A stretch of 64,000 nucleotides of DNA, from IMG/VR virus record IMGVR_UViG_3300044991_001466; one strand, 5' to 3'. The position numbers and the translations under genes were made by a program. The notes beneath the pieces were generated by a model. The model was not told where the DNA came from, searched no databases, and saw only the letters and a program-made list of their open reading frames with translations. The stretch is from a virus. Lineage: Duplodnaviria; Caudoviricetes. Shown piece after piece: positions 18,641 to 27,502 of the stretch; position 1 is the first letter of the stretch, and each line of letters starts with the position of its first letter.

Positions 18641-21538
18641 ATGAAAGAGGTTATCTCTCAGGAAGTTATTGAAAACTTTCTTAATGGGGGTGACGATGAG
18701 AAATACATCGTAGGTGTCGAATATGACTACCCCACAAATTCAATATCCAAAATTATTCAAGACCCAGTTAAGGGTAAAATCGTAAAAACAGACTCATTTG
18801 TTCCGTTTTTGTGGGTTGGAGATTTAAGTAATTTAAATTTCTATGGTAATTCCAAAGCCACACAAAAAAAGATGATGGGTAAGTATGGGATTATCATTGA
18901 TAAACTTGAAACTCAAGGAAATGAACGACTTGAATTGGGAATGAAGTTTTTAGTAAAGAGTATTAAAAGTTATACCGACTTAATTAATTTCTTTAAAACA
19001 GGTGGACTTGACCCTTGGGGTGAAGATGTTAGAAAACATTTTACAATTCTATCACCCGTTGAACAATATCTTGTTCAAACAAAAAAAAGATTATTCAAAG
19101 GGATTGACGATTACGGTGGAGTTAATCGATTTGTATTTGATATTGAAACTACAGGTCTTGACCCCGAAACTTGTCATATCATATTAATTGGGGTTAAAGA
19201 TAATCGTGGTTTAAATGAAACTATTAGCGCATTTGGTGAAGATGGTGAAAAGAAATGTATTGAAAGATTTTTTAAATATATTAGTGATTTAAAACCAACT
19301 ATTGTTGCTGGATATAACTCCGCATTCTTTGACTGGCCGTTTATATTAAAACGTGCACAAATATTAGGTGTTGATATAAATGCGTTAACACAAATATTGA
19401 CGGGTACGGGGATGAAAGAAAAGAAGGGGGTTTTAAAACTTGCAAATGAAATTGAAGATTACACACAACATGTAATTTGGGGATTTAATATTATTGATAT
19501 TGCACATTCGGTTCGTAGAGCACAAGCAATTAATTCTGAGATTAAATCTTGGGGTTTGAAATATATTACCAAATATTTGGAGAAAGAGAAAGAGAATCGT
19601 GTGTACGTTGAAGGTAATCAAATATCAAAAATTTATTTGGATAACGAAAGTTATTATGTAAATCCAAAGACAGGTGGTTATAAAAAAATTGGAGAACCCG
19701 GTACAGAAAATTTATTAGATAGGTTCCCTGGTAAGTTTGAGATATGGCCAGGTAGAAAAATTGTAGAACAATATCTTGACGATGACTTGTTTGAAACTAT
19801 GGTTGTTGACGATTCATTTAGTCAATCTACTTTTTTGATTTCTAAATTGGTACCAACAACTTATGAAAGAGTTGCCACAATGGGTACTGCAACATTATGG
19901 AAAATTATAATGTTAGCATGGTCATATGAAAATGGTTTAGCAATTCCAGCAAAAGATGAAAAACGTGCATTCACAGGTGGACTATCAAGATTATTAAATG
20001 TTGGTTACTCCAAGAACATTGTTAAGTTTGACTACTCATCACTTTATCCATCAATTCAACTTGTTTATGATATATTTCCCGAGTGTGATGTAATGGGTGT
20101 ACAAAAATCAATGTTAAAATATTTCCGTAACATTCGTATTAAGTACAAACAACTTGCCGGTGAATTAAAAGATACTGACCCTGTACAATCGGAGATGTAT
20201 GACCGTAAACAATTACCAATTAAGATTTTTATTAACGCATACTTCGGTAGTTTATCTGCTCCACACGTATTTCCTTGGGGTGAAATGGATTCAGGTGAAA
20301 CCATTACCTGTATTGGTCGTCAGTGTTTACGTATGATGATTATGTTTTACATGAAGAAAGGATATAAACCTCTTGTAATGGATACTGATGGTGTGAACTT
20401 TGAAACACCTGAGACCGCTAAGGATACTGTTTATATTGGTAAAGGATTAAATGAATTGGTTATTGAAGGTAAAGAATATCGTGGGATTGAAGCGGACACC
20501 GCAGAATTTAATGATATCTTCATGAGAAATGAAATGGGTCTTGACATTGATTATACGGCACCCGCTTGTATTAATATTTCACGTAAAAATTATATCATTA
20601 AGTTAGTAAAGAAAGGTAAAGAAAAAATAAAACTAACGGGTAATACGATTAAGTCTAAAAAGATGCAGACATATGTTACTGAATTTTTAGATGAGGGTTT
20701 AAAGTTTTTATTAAATGGTGACGGATTATCTTTTGTTGAATTATATTATGAATATGTGAATAAAATTTATAATAAAGAAATTCCATTATCAAAGATTGCA
20801 AACAAAGCACGTGTTAAACAATCCATTAAAGATTATAAGAAACATGTTCAAAAAGTTACCAAATCAGGTTCTTTAATGTCACGTCAAGCACATATGGAAT
20901 TGATAATGAATAGTGACTATCCCGCAGGATTAGGTGACACAATTTATTATGTTAATAATGGAAGTAAAAAATCTTCTGGTGATGTTCAAAAAATTACCAA
21001 ACCAACTAAAAAACAGAATGAAGATTATATGGCTAAATTTGGTGTGTTAATGCCTGAAAATTTTATTGAGGTTAACTGTTATATGATTGATGAAAAGGAA
21101 ATTCTAAATAATCCAAATTTAACTGGTGACTATAATGTACCTCGTTATTTAAATAATTTTAATAAAAGAGTTGAACCATTATTAGTTGTTTTTAATCCAT
21201 CAATAAGAGAAGATATATTAGTTGAAAGTCCTGAAGAAAGACAATATTTTACTAAAACACAGTGTGAATTGGTTAATGGGTTTCCGTTAAAGGAAACAGG
21301 TCAAGATAAATTTGATGAGGTTATGACCTTATCAGATAGTGAGGTTGTGTTTTGGAATAAAGTTGGACGTGATCCATTCTTTATGTATGTAGAAAATAGT
21401 TTAGAATTAGCTGACCCATATTGGGTAAATCTTAATAGAGAAGTTGTTGCGTCCCAAGTGGGGTCTACTGTGAGTAATGAAGACGAAATTATCGGTAACG
21501 ATAATGGTGATTTAATACTACACGTAACTGAAGTTTAG
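18641..21538 (+). CDS. polB: Family B DNA polymerase with 3'-5' exonuclease
   Basis: ExoI FDIETTG, ExoII GYNSAFFDW, ExoIII YLDDD; polymerase motifs FDYSSLYPS, KIFINAYFG and MDTDG. Confidence 0.95.
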   Translation: MKEVISQEVIENFLNGGDDEKYIVGVEYDYPTNSISKIIQDPVKGKIVKTDSFVPFLWVGDLSNLNFYGNSKATQKKMMGKYGIIIDKLETQGNERLELGMKFLVKSIKSYTDLINFFKTGGLDPWGEDVRKHFTILSPVEQYLVQTKKRLFKGIDDYGGVNRFVFDIETTGLDPETCHIILIGVKDNRGLNETISAFGEDGEKKCIERFFKYISDLKPTIVAGYNSAFFDWPFILKRAQILGVDINALTQILTGTGMKEKKGVLKLANEIEDYTQHVIWGFNIIDIAHSVRRAQAINSEIKSWGLKYITKYLEKEKENRVYVEGNQISKIYLDNESYYVNPKTGGYKKIGEPGTENLLDRFPGKFEIWPGRKIVEQYLDDDLFETMVVDDSFSQSTFLISKLVPTTYERVATMGTATLWKIIMLAWSYENGLAIPAKDEKRAFTGGLSRLLNVGYSKNIVKFDYSSLYPSIQLVYDIFPECDVMGVQKSMLKYFRNIRIKYKQLAGELKDTDPVQSEMYDRKQLPIKIFINAYFGSLSAPHVFPWGEMDSGETITCIGRQCLRMMIMFYMKKGYKPLVMDTDGVNFETPETAKDTVYIGKGLNELVIEGKEYRGIEADTAEFNDIFMRNEMGLDIDYTAPACINISRKNYIIKLVKKGKEKIKLTGNTIKSKKMQTYVTEFLDEGLKFLLNGDGLSFVELYYEYVNKIYNKEIPLSKIANKARVKQSIKDYKKHVQKVTKSGSLMSRQAHMELIMNSDYPAGLGDTIYYVNNGSKKSSGDVQKITKPTKKQNEDYMAKFGVLMPENFIEVNCYMIDEKEILNNPNLTGDYNVPRYLNNFNKRVEPLLVVFNPSIREDILVESPEERQYFTKTQCELVNGFPLKETGQDKFDEVMTLSDSEVVFWNKVGRDPFFMYVENSLELADPYWVNLNREVVASQVGSTVSNEDEIIGNDNGDLILHVTEV

Positions 21539-22650
21539 ATGATATTGATTGGAGCTGGCATTGCTCTGAACTTGAGTGACTTATTAAGGTTCTCAGCTTC
21601 GCCAGCTTTTCTTTCAAGAATTTTGTCAGGACGAAGTCTTTCAAGTCGAGCCATAAGTTCTTCAACTAATTTAGATTTTTCATCCTTACCCTCAGTAATT
21701 AATGAAGTGTAATCTAATTTAATTGTACTATCAGGAACTTGTAAATCTCCTGAGAATTTACCCCAAATACGACCTAAACCTTCTTTAGAATAACCAATTA
21801 GATATTTTCTAACCCAATTCTGAGAAGGTTTATTTAAACTATCCCATGTTAATTCTTCGGTCATCACATCTGACGGTAATTTAATAACGTCTTTGTTTTT
21901 CTTTATACAAGTGTCTCTATCGTCGGTATCATAATACCAATACCATACATAATAATTTTTTGTTGAAATAGAACCGAAATCAAATCGACCACCAGGAACA
22001 TTAAATAAATGTATTAATTTTTTTCCTTCAGGACCCGCAGTTATTTTATATGTTAAGTCACCACCGATAAGTCTATTCTTAATATTCCTATCACCCATTC
22101 TAAGTAATAAGTCAAAACCTGGTGTCATTAGATATGAACCTGTTGACCCAACTTGAGCAAATCCACCCATACCTCCAAAACCATTACCACCTAATCCACC
22201 AAAACCCGCAGATATTGGGTCAACTATGGTATCTGTTAAAGTCGCTCGTGTAAACCATAATAGTTCATTAATCTCACGACCAGCAGGTACTTCATATATT
22301 TGTTCACCATGAGTTAATTCAATAAAATCTTTTTTAAGTTCATTATCCCCACCAGCCTGTAAACCCACTATTTTAGAGTAGGAATGGGTATATTGGGTTT
22401 CATAATCCAAACTTCTTGTTGTAAAAGCTCTCGATAAGGATTGAGTATCTAAATTAAGTCCCGCCAATGCAGACCATTGAGACTCAATTAACCAATCACT
22501 AACATATTGTTCATATTCAGATAGAGATAACTCCAAAAACGTGTCCATTTGTTCTTGAGTTAATTCAATACCACGAACAGGCATACCTAATAGATGGAAT
22601 ACTTGGGTATATAATTTTTCTTTTTCTTGTTCTGAAATGATTGTCGCCAT
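21535..22650 (-). CDS. gp13: Neck protein, gp13-like
   Basis: C-terminal WVRKYLIGYSKEGLGRIWGKFSGDLQVPDSTIKLD...EL matches the T4-like gp13 C-terminus; GATATTTAT upstream. Confidence 0.75.
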   Translation of the reverse strand: MATIISEQEKEKLYTQVFHLLGMPVRGIELTQEQMDTFLELSLSEYEQYVSDWLIESQWSALAGLNLDTQSLSRAFTTRSLDYETQYTHSYSKIVGLQAGGDNELKKDFIELTHGEQIYEVPAGREINELLWFTRATLTDTIVDPISAGFGGLGGNGFGGMGGFAQVGSTGSYLMTPGFDLLLRMGDRNIKNRLIGGDLTYKITAGPEGKKLIHLFNVPGGRFDFGSISTKNYYVWYWYYDTDDRDTCIKKNKDVIKLPSDVMTEELTWDSLNKPSQNWVRKYLIGYSKEGLGRIWGKFSGDLQVPDSTIKLDYTSLITEGKDEKSKLVEELMARLERLRPDKILERKAGEAENLNKSLKFRAMPAPINII

Positions 22651-22688
22651 AATTTGGTATATTCTTATAAATATCTTAATTTTGTATT

Positions 22689-23708
22689 ATGAATGAAATA
22701 TATCCACAGAGTATTATAAATTTAGGTTATCATTATTTTCATGGCCTTTTTCAGAATGGTACATTTAAGTCATATTATGTTAAAAAGTGTAATGATGTGT
22801 TTAAAAGGAATGGTGAAAGACTTGGAATATATGGGTTTTGGTGGAGGGGGACCTATGGAATTTTAAATGAATATTTAATTTGGTGTTGGAGAAATACAGT
22901 TAACACTCACCCATATTGTACATTAGACCTTTTTTATTTGTATAAACATTTTAAAGGCGAAACTTTAAATTACGATAATCAAGAAACTTTGTATGAAAAT
23001 ATTGATAAATTATTTGATTTTGTGGATGAAAATTTTGATTTATTTTTTACACCTAATATTGAAGAAAAATATTTTAAAAGTTTTTGGCGTCGATGTAATA
23101 AATCTTGGGGAAAAGGTCAAATAACAACCATTGCTGTTATGTATAAATTAAGGGAAATATTTCCCGATTGTAAAATAACTAAAATGGATTTTAGTATTAT
23201 GAGAGGTGATGGAGAAGATTTTAAAGGAATTGATATTATATTTTATAATGATTGTAACGAAAAAATAACAATACAAGTTAAATCGGGGAAAATTATTGAA
23301 ACAAATGAAATTGGGTATGTTATTCAAAGTTCAGTTAACGATTTAAAATCGGAAGCAGATTATTATTGTTTTGTCGATATTACGGATAATAATATAAAAA
23401 TTGTTACATTTCAAAATTTAAAACCTTACATAATAAGAGGAAACCCAAACCACACCTTTCGTAAAGAAATTTTACAACCGATACAAATTGATGAACATAT
23501 GAAAACACCAGAAACTTTACAAAAAATAGCAGAATTTGTTTACACTAAACCAGATTTAATATTTGAATTACAATACGTTAAAAGTGATACAAATTTAATG
23601 GAAATAAAAGATAAGGTTATTAATGTAATTATAGGTAATTTCTTAGATGAAAATTTACCAAATCAATTATCTGAGTTTTTAAATGAATTAGAACAAAGAT
23701 TTCAATAA
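22689..23708 (+). CDS. Hypothetical protein, possible PD-(D/E)xK nuclease
   Basis: EDFKGIDIIF..ITIQVKS fits the D..G.D / Q-x-K core. Lone plus-strand gene between two minus-strand genes. Confidence 0.4.
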   Translation: MNEIYPQSIINLGYHYFHGLFQNGTFKSYYVKKCNDVFKRNGERLGIYGFWWRGTYGILNEYLIWCWRNTVNTHPYCTLDLFYLYKHFKGETLNYDNQETLYENIDKLFDFVDENFDLFFTPNIEEKYFKSFWRRCNKSWGKGQITTIAVMYKLREIFPDCKITKMDFSIMRGDGEDFKGIDIIFYNDCNEKITIQVKSGKIIETNEIGYVIQSSVNDLKSEADYYCFVDITDNNIKIVTFQNLKPYIIRGNPNHTFRKEILQPIQIDEHMKTPETLQKIAEFVYTKPDLIFELQYVKSDTNLMEIKDKVINVIIGNFLDENLPNQLSEFLNELEQRFQ

Positions 23709-25439
23709 ATCTTTACTAAAAGATTCTGAATATTCACCGTCTCCCATTACTTGGTCAATCACTCCTTTCTTTTTCTGTAATATATTATAGATAATTTTCT
23801 CAACCGTATTCTCAAAAACGGGATAATATACTAACACACTATTTTTTTGTCCATATCTATATGCTCGGTCTTCACCTTGAGCGTGGTCGGCGGGTACAAA
23901 AGATAAGTCATTCATAATAACAACTTCCGCAGCAGTTAAGGTAATCCCAACACCCGCAGCTTTAATATTACCAATAAAGACTTTTATTTTATCGTCTGTT
24001 TGAAATCTGTCAACGTTTTCTTGTCGTTTATCTTTATTCATACGACCATCAAGAGTTACTGATATTTTTTTATACTTGTCATGTAACATATCTAATGACA
24101 TTGTAAAATTGGTAAACACAATTACCTTTTTACCTTGTTCAACAAATTTGTCAATCAATTCACAAGTGTATGGTATTTTTTCATAAGCGATAAGTTGTCT
24201 AATTTTCATTAAACGATTTAACGTAACTGTAATTGTTTCGTCATTTTTCTTATCGGTACTAATACGTGTAAACTCTTCCAATTCCTCATCATACATTTTA
24301 CTACTCAATTCAACAAAAACAGGTGTAACAATTTTTTCAGGTAAATCAAGAATATCATTCTTCATTCTTCTTAATACAACGTGTTTTGTTCTTTCACGAA
24401 GTTCATCTAAATTACTTGCACCACTTGTGTTCCACACTTTACGATTACCAACTCTAAATTGATATCCTTTACAATAACGACGAACATAAGATTGCCAATT
24501 TAAAGTTAATGGAGAATCAACAATCTTCAATAAGTTAAAATAATTAATTGGTCTTGAGGTCATTGGTGTTCCTGTTAATAACCAAACTTTGGGTATGGTT
24601 TCAAGAACATCGTTTAATAATCGAGTTCTGTTTGCGGTTGCATTTGAAATGTAGTGAGCCTCATCTACGATTGCCAAGTCAAAATTGGCATTAACCAAAA
24701 GTTTATAATCGTCGCTATCCTCACTCTTGTCTGTGGTGTGGTAGTTCTTAATAATATCATAATTAATAATGTAGAAATCAAAAGTAGAACCCCATTTACG
24801 TCCTTCGACAATTAAAACTTTTCTATCTGAATAGTTTTTTATTTCCCTCTCCCAATTTATTTTTAAAGATGCGGGACAAACAATAAGTATCTTCCTTGCT
24901 TTACTTTCCATCGATGCAATAACTGCGGATGTTGTTTTACCTAAACCCATGTCATCAGCTAAAATAAATTTATCGTTTGCCAATAGTTTCTCAATGGCGA
25001 TTTTTTGATGTTCCATTGGTGGTCTAACGTCGTACTTACTATAATCTATAATTCGATTAAGTTTTTTCTCTTCTTGCATTACCGCAGCTTTTGGTAACCA
25101 CATTGCACTATTTTGTTCAGTTTCTAAAATTTTACCCCATATATGGAACGCCTTGTCAGATTCACACAATAGTTTCTCACACCAAATTTGTTCAGGTGCT
25201 GTCGGTAATAATCTTTCTTCTTGAATTTTCTCACCAAAAGTTGAAACAATTTTAATATATTTTCTTGCAACCTTTGGAGTTATCTGATGATATTTTTGTA
25301 CATACTCAGATTGAGGTCTTGTTAACTTAAAATTCTTAACTTCCACAAATTTTCTTTTCCAATCTAATAGTTGATTGTTAGAACCTTCATAGGTTAATAA
25401 TATATTTCTCGCCTCAATTTCGGGAATCTTAGTTTCCAT
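23688..25439 (-). CDS. SNF2-family (SMARCAL1/HARP-like) helicase (583 aa; start METKIPE)
   Basis: LADDMGLGKT, DEAH, LLTGTP, RRMK and QGEDRAYRYGQ motifs. Confidence 0.9.
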   Translation of the reverse strand: METKIPEIEARNILLTYEGSNNQLLDWKRKFVEVKNFKLTRPQSEYVQKYHQITPKVARKYIKIVSTFGEKIQEERLLPTAPEQIWCEKLLCESDKAFHIWGKILETEQNSAMWLPKAAVMQEEKKLNRIIDYSKYDVRPPMEHQKIAIEKLLANDKFILADDMGLGKTTSAVIASMESKARKILIVCPASLKINWEREIKNYSDRKVLIVEGRKWGSTFDFYIINYDIIKNYHTTDKSEDSDDYKLLVNANFDLAIVDEAHYISNATANRTRLLNDVLETIPKVWLLTGTPMTSRPINYFNLLKIVDSPLTLNWQSYVRRYCKGYQFRVGNRKVWNTSGASNLDELRERTKHVVLRRMKNDILDLPEKIVTPVFVELSSKMYDEELEEFTRISTDKKNDETITVTLNRLMKIRQLIAYEKIPYTCELIDKFVEQGKKVIVFTNFTMSLDMLHDKYKKISVTLDGRMNKDKRQENVDRFQTDDKIKVFIGNIKAAGVGITLTAAEVVIMNDLSFVPADHAQGEDRAYRYGQKNSVLVYYPVFENTVEKIIYNILQKKKGVIDQVMGDGEYSESFSKDLLKSLF

Positions 25440-25487
25440 ATTAAAATATACATAAATAGAATGTAACATTAAACTATTTATTAGAAT

Positions 25488-26000
25488 ATGAACAATAAAC
25501 TACCTATCACCAGAATGTCTAAATTCCTATCTCAGGATGACTTCGATTTGAATATTCAAATGGGTGAGGAGTATCTTCATGGGGATTTAAACATGAAATT
25601 GGTGTTGTATCGAGTGGACAGACAAAAGACTGAAAATGACGATGTATATGCTGAAGTGGGTACCGATGAGATAAAATATTTCCCACCAATAGAATTTAAT
25701 GGTTTAGTTAAAATAGAGGAACCAAAAAATAATGCTTATAAAACAGGTTTACTTAGATATTTGGAACCAGGAAATATGACATTATCTGTTTACATTAAAC
25801 ATTTAGAAGAATTAAAGATTGATATTAGATACGGTGATTATATTGGATATCCTGAATCCGAAACAAGAACAAGGTTTTATACCGTTACAAATGACGGAAA
25901 AGTAACGTCGGATAATAAACATAATATGTTTGGATATAAACCATATTATCGAACAATAACGTGTACACCAGTACAAGATTCATCATTTAGAGGAGTATAA
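25488..26000 (+). CDS. Head-tail connector, gp14-like
   Basis: 170 aa with the D.VY.E and DI..GDYI.Y..RFY.V pattern; sits upstream of the terminator-like gene; CTATTTAT upstream. Confidence 0.55.
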   Translation: MNNKLPITRMSKFLSQDDFDLNIQMGEEYLHGDLNMKLVLYRVDRQKTENDDVYAEVGTDEIKYFPPIEFNGLVKIEEPKNNAYKTGLLRYLEPGNMTLSVYIKHLEELKIDIRYGDYIGYPESETRTRFYTVTNDGKVTSDNKHNMFGYKPYYRTITCTPVQDSSFRGV

Positions 26001-26001
26001 C

Positions 26002-27234
26002 ATGGGAATACCGAAAAGAAAACTTAATGTAAACCTATATCCTGAAAAAATATTAGGGGAAAGAAGACAAGAATTGTTAGAAAAAATAACTAAATCTGAC
26101 ACATATCTTCCTGAAACTATATTACATGATGATATGGATATGGGATTTTTGGAATATGTAAATAAGAATTTTAAAGTAGTATCAAATAATATTCAAATAC
26201 CAATTATTAATAAAATATTAACCATTCAAAGATGGGGTGAATTTACACAAAATTGGAGTTTTAGTAATGAGGATGGAAATATGGAACTTCCGTTTGTTGC
26301 AATTATAAGAAAGCCAGACGTTCAATATGGTACCAATCCATCAGTACAAAGAACAATACCTGATAGATATCAATTTCATTATGCTACCGTACCTACTTGG
26401 AATGGAACAACTATGGGTGCCGATATCTATAAAATCCCACAACCAATTCCGGTTGATATTTCATATGAGGTTACTATTATTTGTAATCGTTTTAGGGATT
26501 TGAATAAGTTTAATAAAAAAGTATTACAAGGGTTTCCATCAAGACAAGATTACACAAGAGTAAAAGGTCATTACATTCCGATTGTTTTAGATGGTATTGA
26601 TGATACAAGTCCGATGGAAGCATTAGATGGGCGTAGATTTTATATGCAAAATTATAAATTTACAATGTTGGGGTTCTTAATAGATAGTGAGGAGTTTGAA
26701 GTTAGTCCCGCTGTTAGTAGACTATTTATTATGAGTGAATTTACAAATGAAAACGCAAATATGAGAAAATATCAAAATAAGTCTCTTAGTTTAACTAACG
26801 TTAACTTTACGGGAAATGGAACACAAACATTATATAGTGTGGGTGAAAGTATCGGTACGTTATTTGGTGTATCAGTTAATGGAGTTTTACAAGAAAAAGG
26901 TAATGATTTTTATCACATTACATATACCCATAAAATAACATTTGTTACACCTCCACCAGCAAATGCTTTAATATTAATAACTTATTATAAGGGTAGAAAC
27001 AACGTTATATTAGATACATACGGTAAGGTTATTCAAGTTGATAAACAAGTCTTCACATATGACGGGTCTTCAATTACGTTTACCTTATCAAATCCAATTA
27101 GTAGTGTCATTACATTAGATATTAACGGATTGGTTGAAGATGAGGGATCAAGTTATACTGTTGGTGAACAATCTGTTACTTTATTAGGAACCCCTGTTGT
27201 TGGTTCTGTTATTACCGTTTCTTACTTATATTAA
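26002..27234 (+). CDS. Tail terminator (gp15-like) with two appended beta-rich repeat domains
   Basis: PIPVDISYEVTIIC..DLN resembles gp15 P.P.D..Y.L.I. The C-terminus has two F.G(N/D)G..F.L..V.(V/I)NG repeats. Confidence 0.6.
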   Translation: MGIPKRKLNVNLYPEKILGERRQELLEKITKSDTYLPETILHDDMDMGFLEYVNKNFKVVSNNIQIPIINKILTIQRWGEFTQNWSFSNEDGNMELPFVAIIRKPDVQYGTNPSVQRTIPDRYQFHYATVPTWNGTTMGADIYKIPQPIPVDISYEVTIICNRFRDLNKFNKKVLQGFPSRQDYTRVKGHYIPIVLDGIDDTSPMEALDGRRFYMQNYKFTMLGFLIDSEEFEVSPAVSRLFIMSEFTNENANMRKYQNKSLSLTNVNFTGNGTQTLYSVGESIGTLFGVSVNGVLQEKGNDFYHITYTHKITFVTPPPANALILITYYKGRNNVILDTYGKVIQVDKQVFTYDGSSITFTLSNPISSVITLDINGLVEDEGSSYTVGEQSVTLLGTPVVGSVITVSYLY

Positions 27235-27386
27235 GACTCCCCATATATGTCTTTTTTAGGTTTACATAGGTCTTCTATGAACTTTTCCAACAATTTATAA
27301 ATTTTTAATCCATTTTTTTCACAATGGGTTTTAAGTAGTTGGTGATGTTTTTCACTGATTTTGACGTTTTTTGTTTTGTTTTCCAT
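27231..27386 (-). CDS. Ribbon-helix-helix DNA-binding protein (51 aa, start MENKTK)
   Basis: KNVKISEKHHQLLKTHCEKNGLKIYKLLEKFI has the beta-strand/helix/G-turn/helix RHH pattern. Confidence 0.6.
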   Translation of the reverse strand: MENKTKNVKISEKHHQLLKTHCEKNGLKIYKLLEKFIEDLCKPKKDIYGES

Positions 27387-27502
27387 AATTAAAGATATAA
27401 AAAGATAAATAACTATCCTTTTATTAAAAGTATCGAAATCTTTGATAAAAACAAAGATATTTATTAGATAACTAATAAAAACATTTAACCAAAAACAAAT
27501 CG

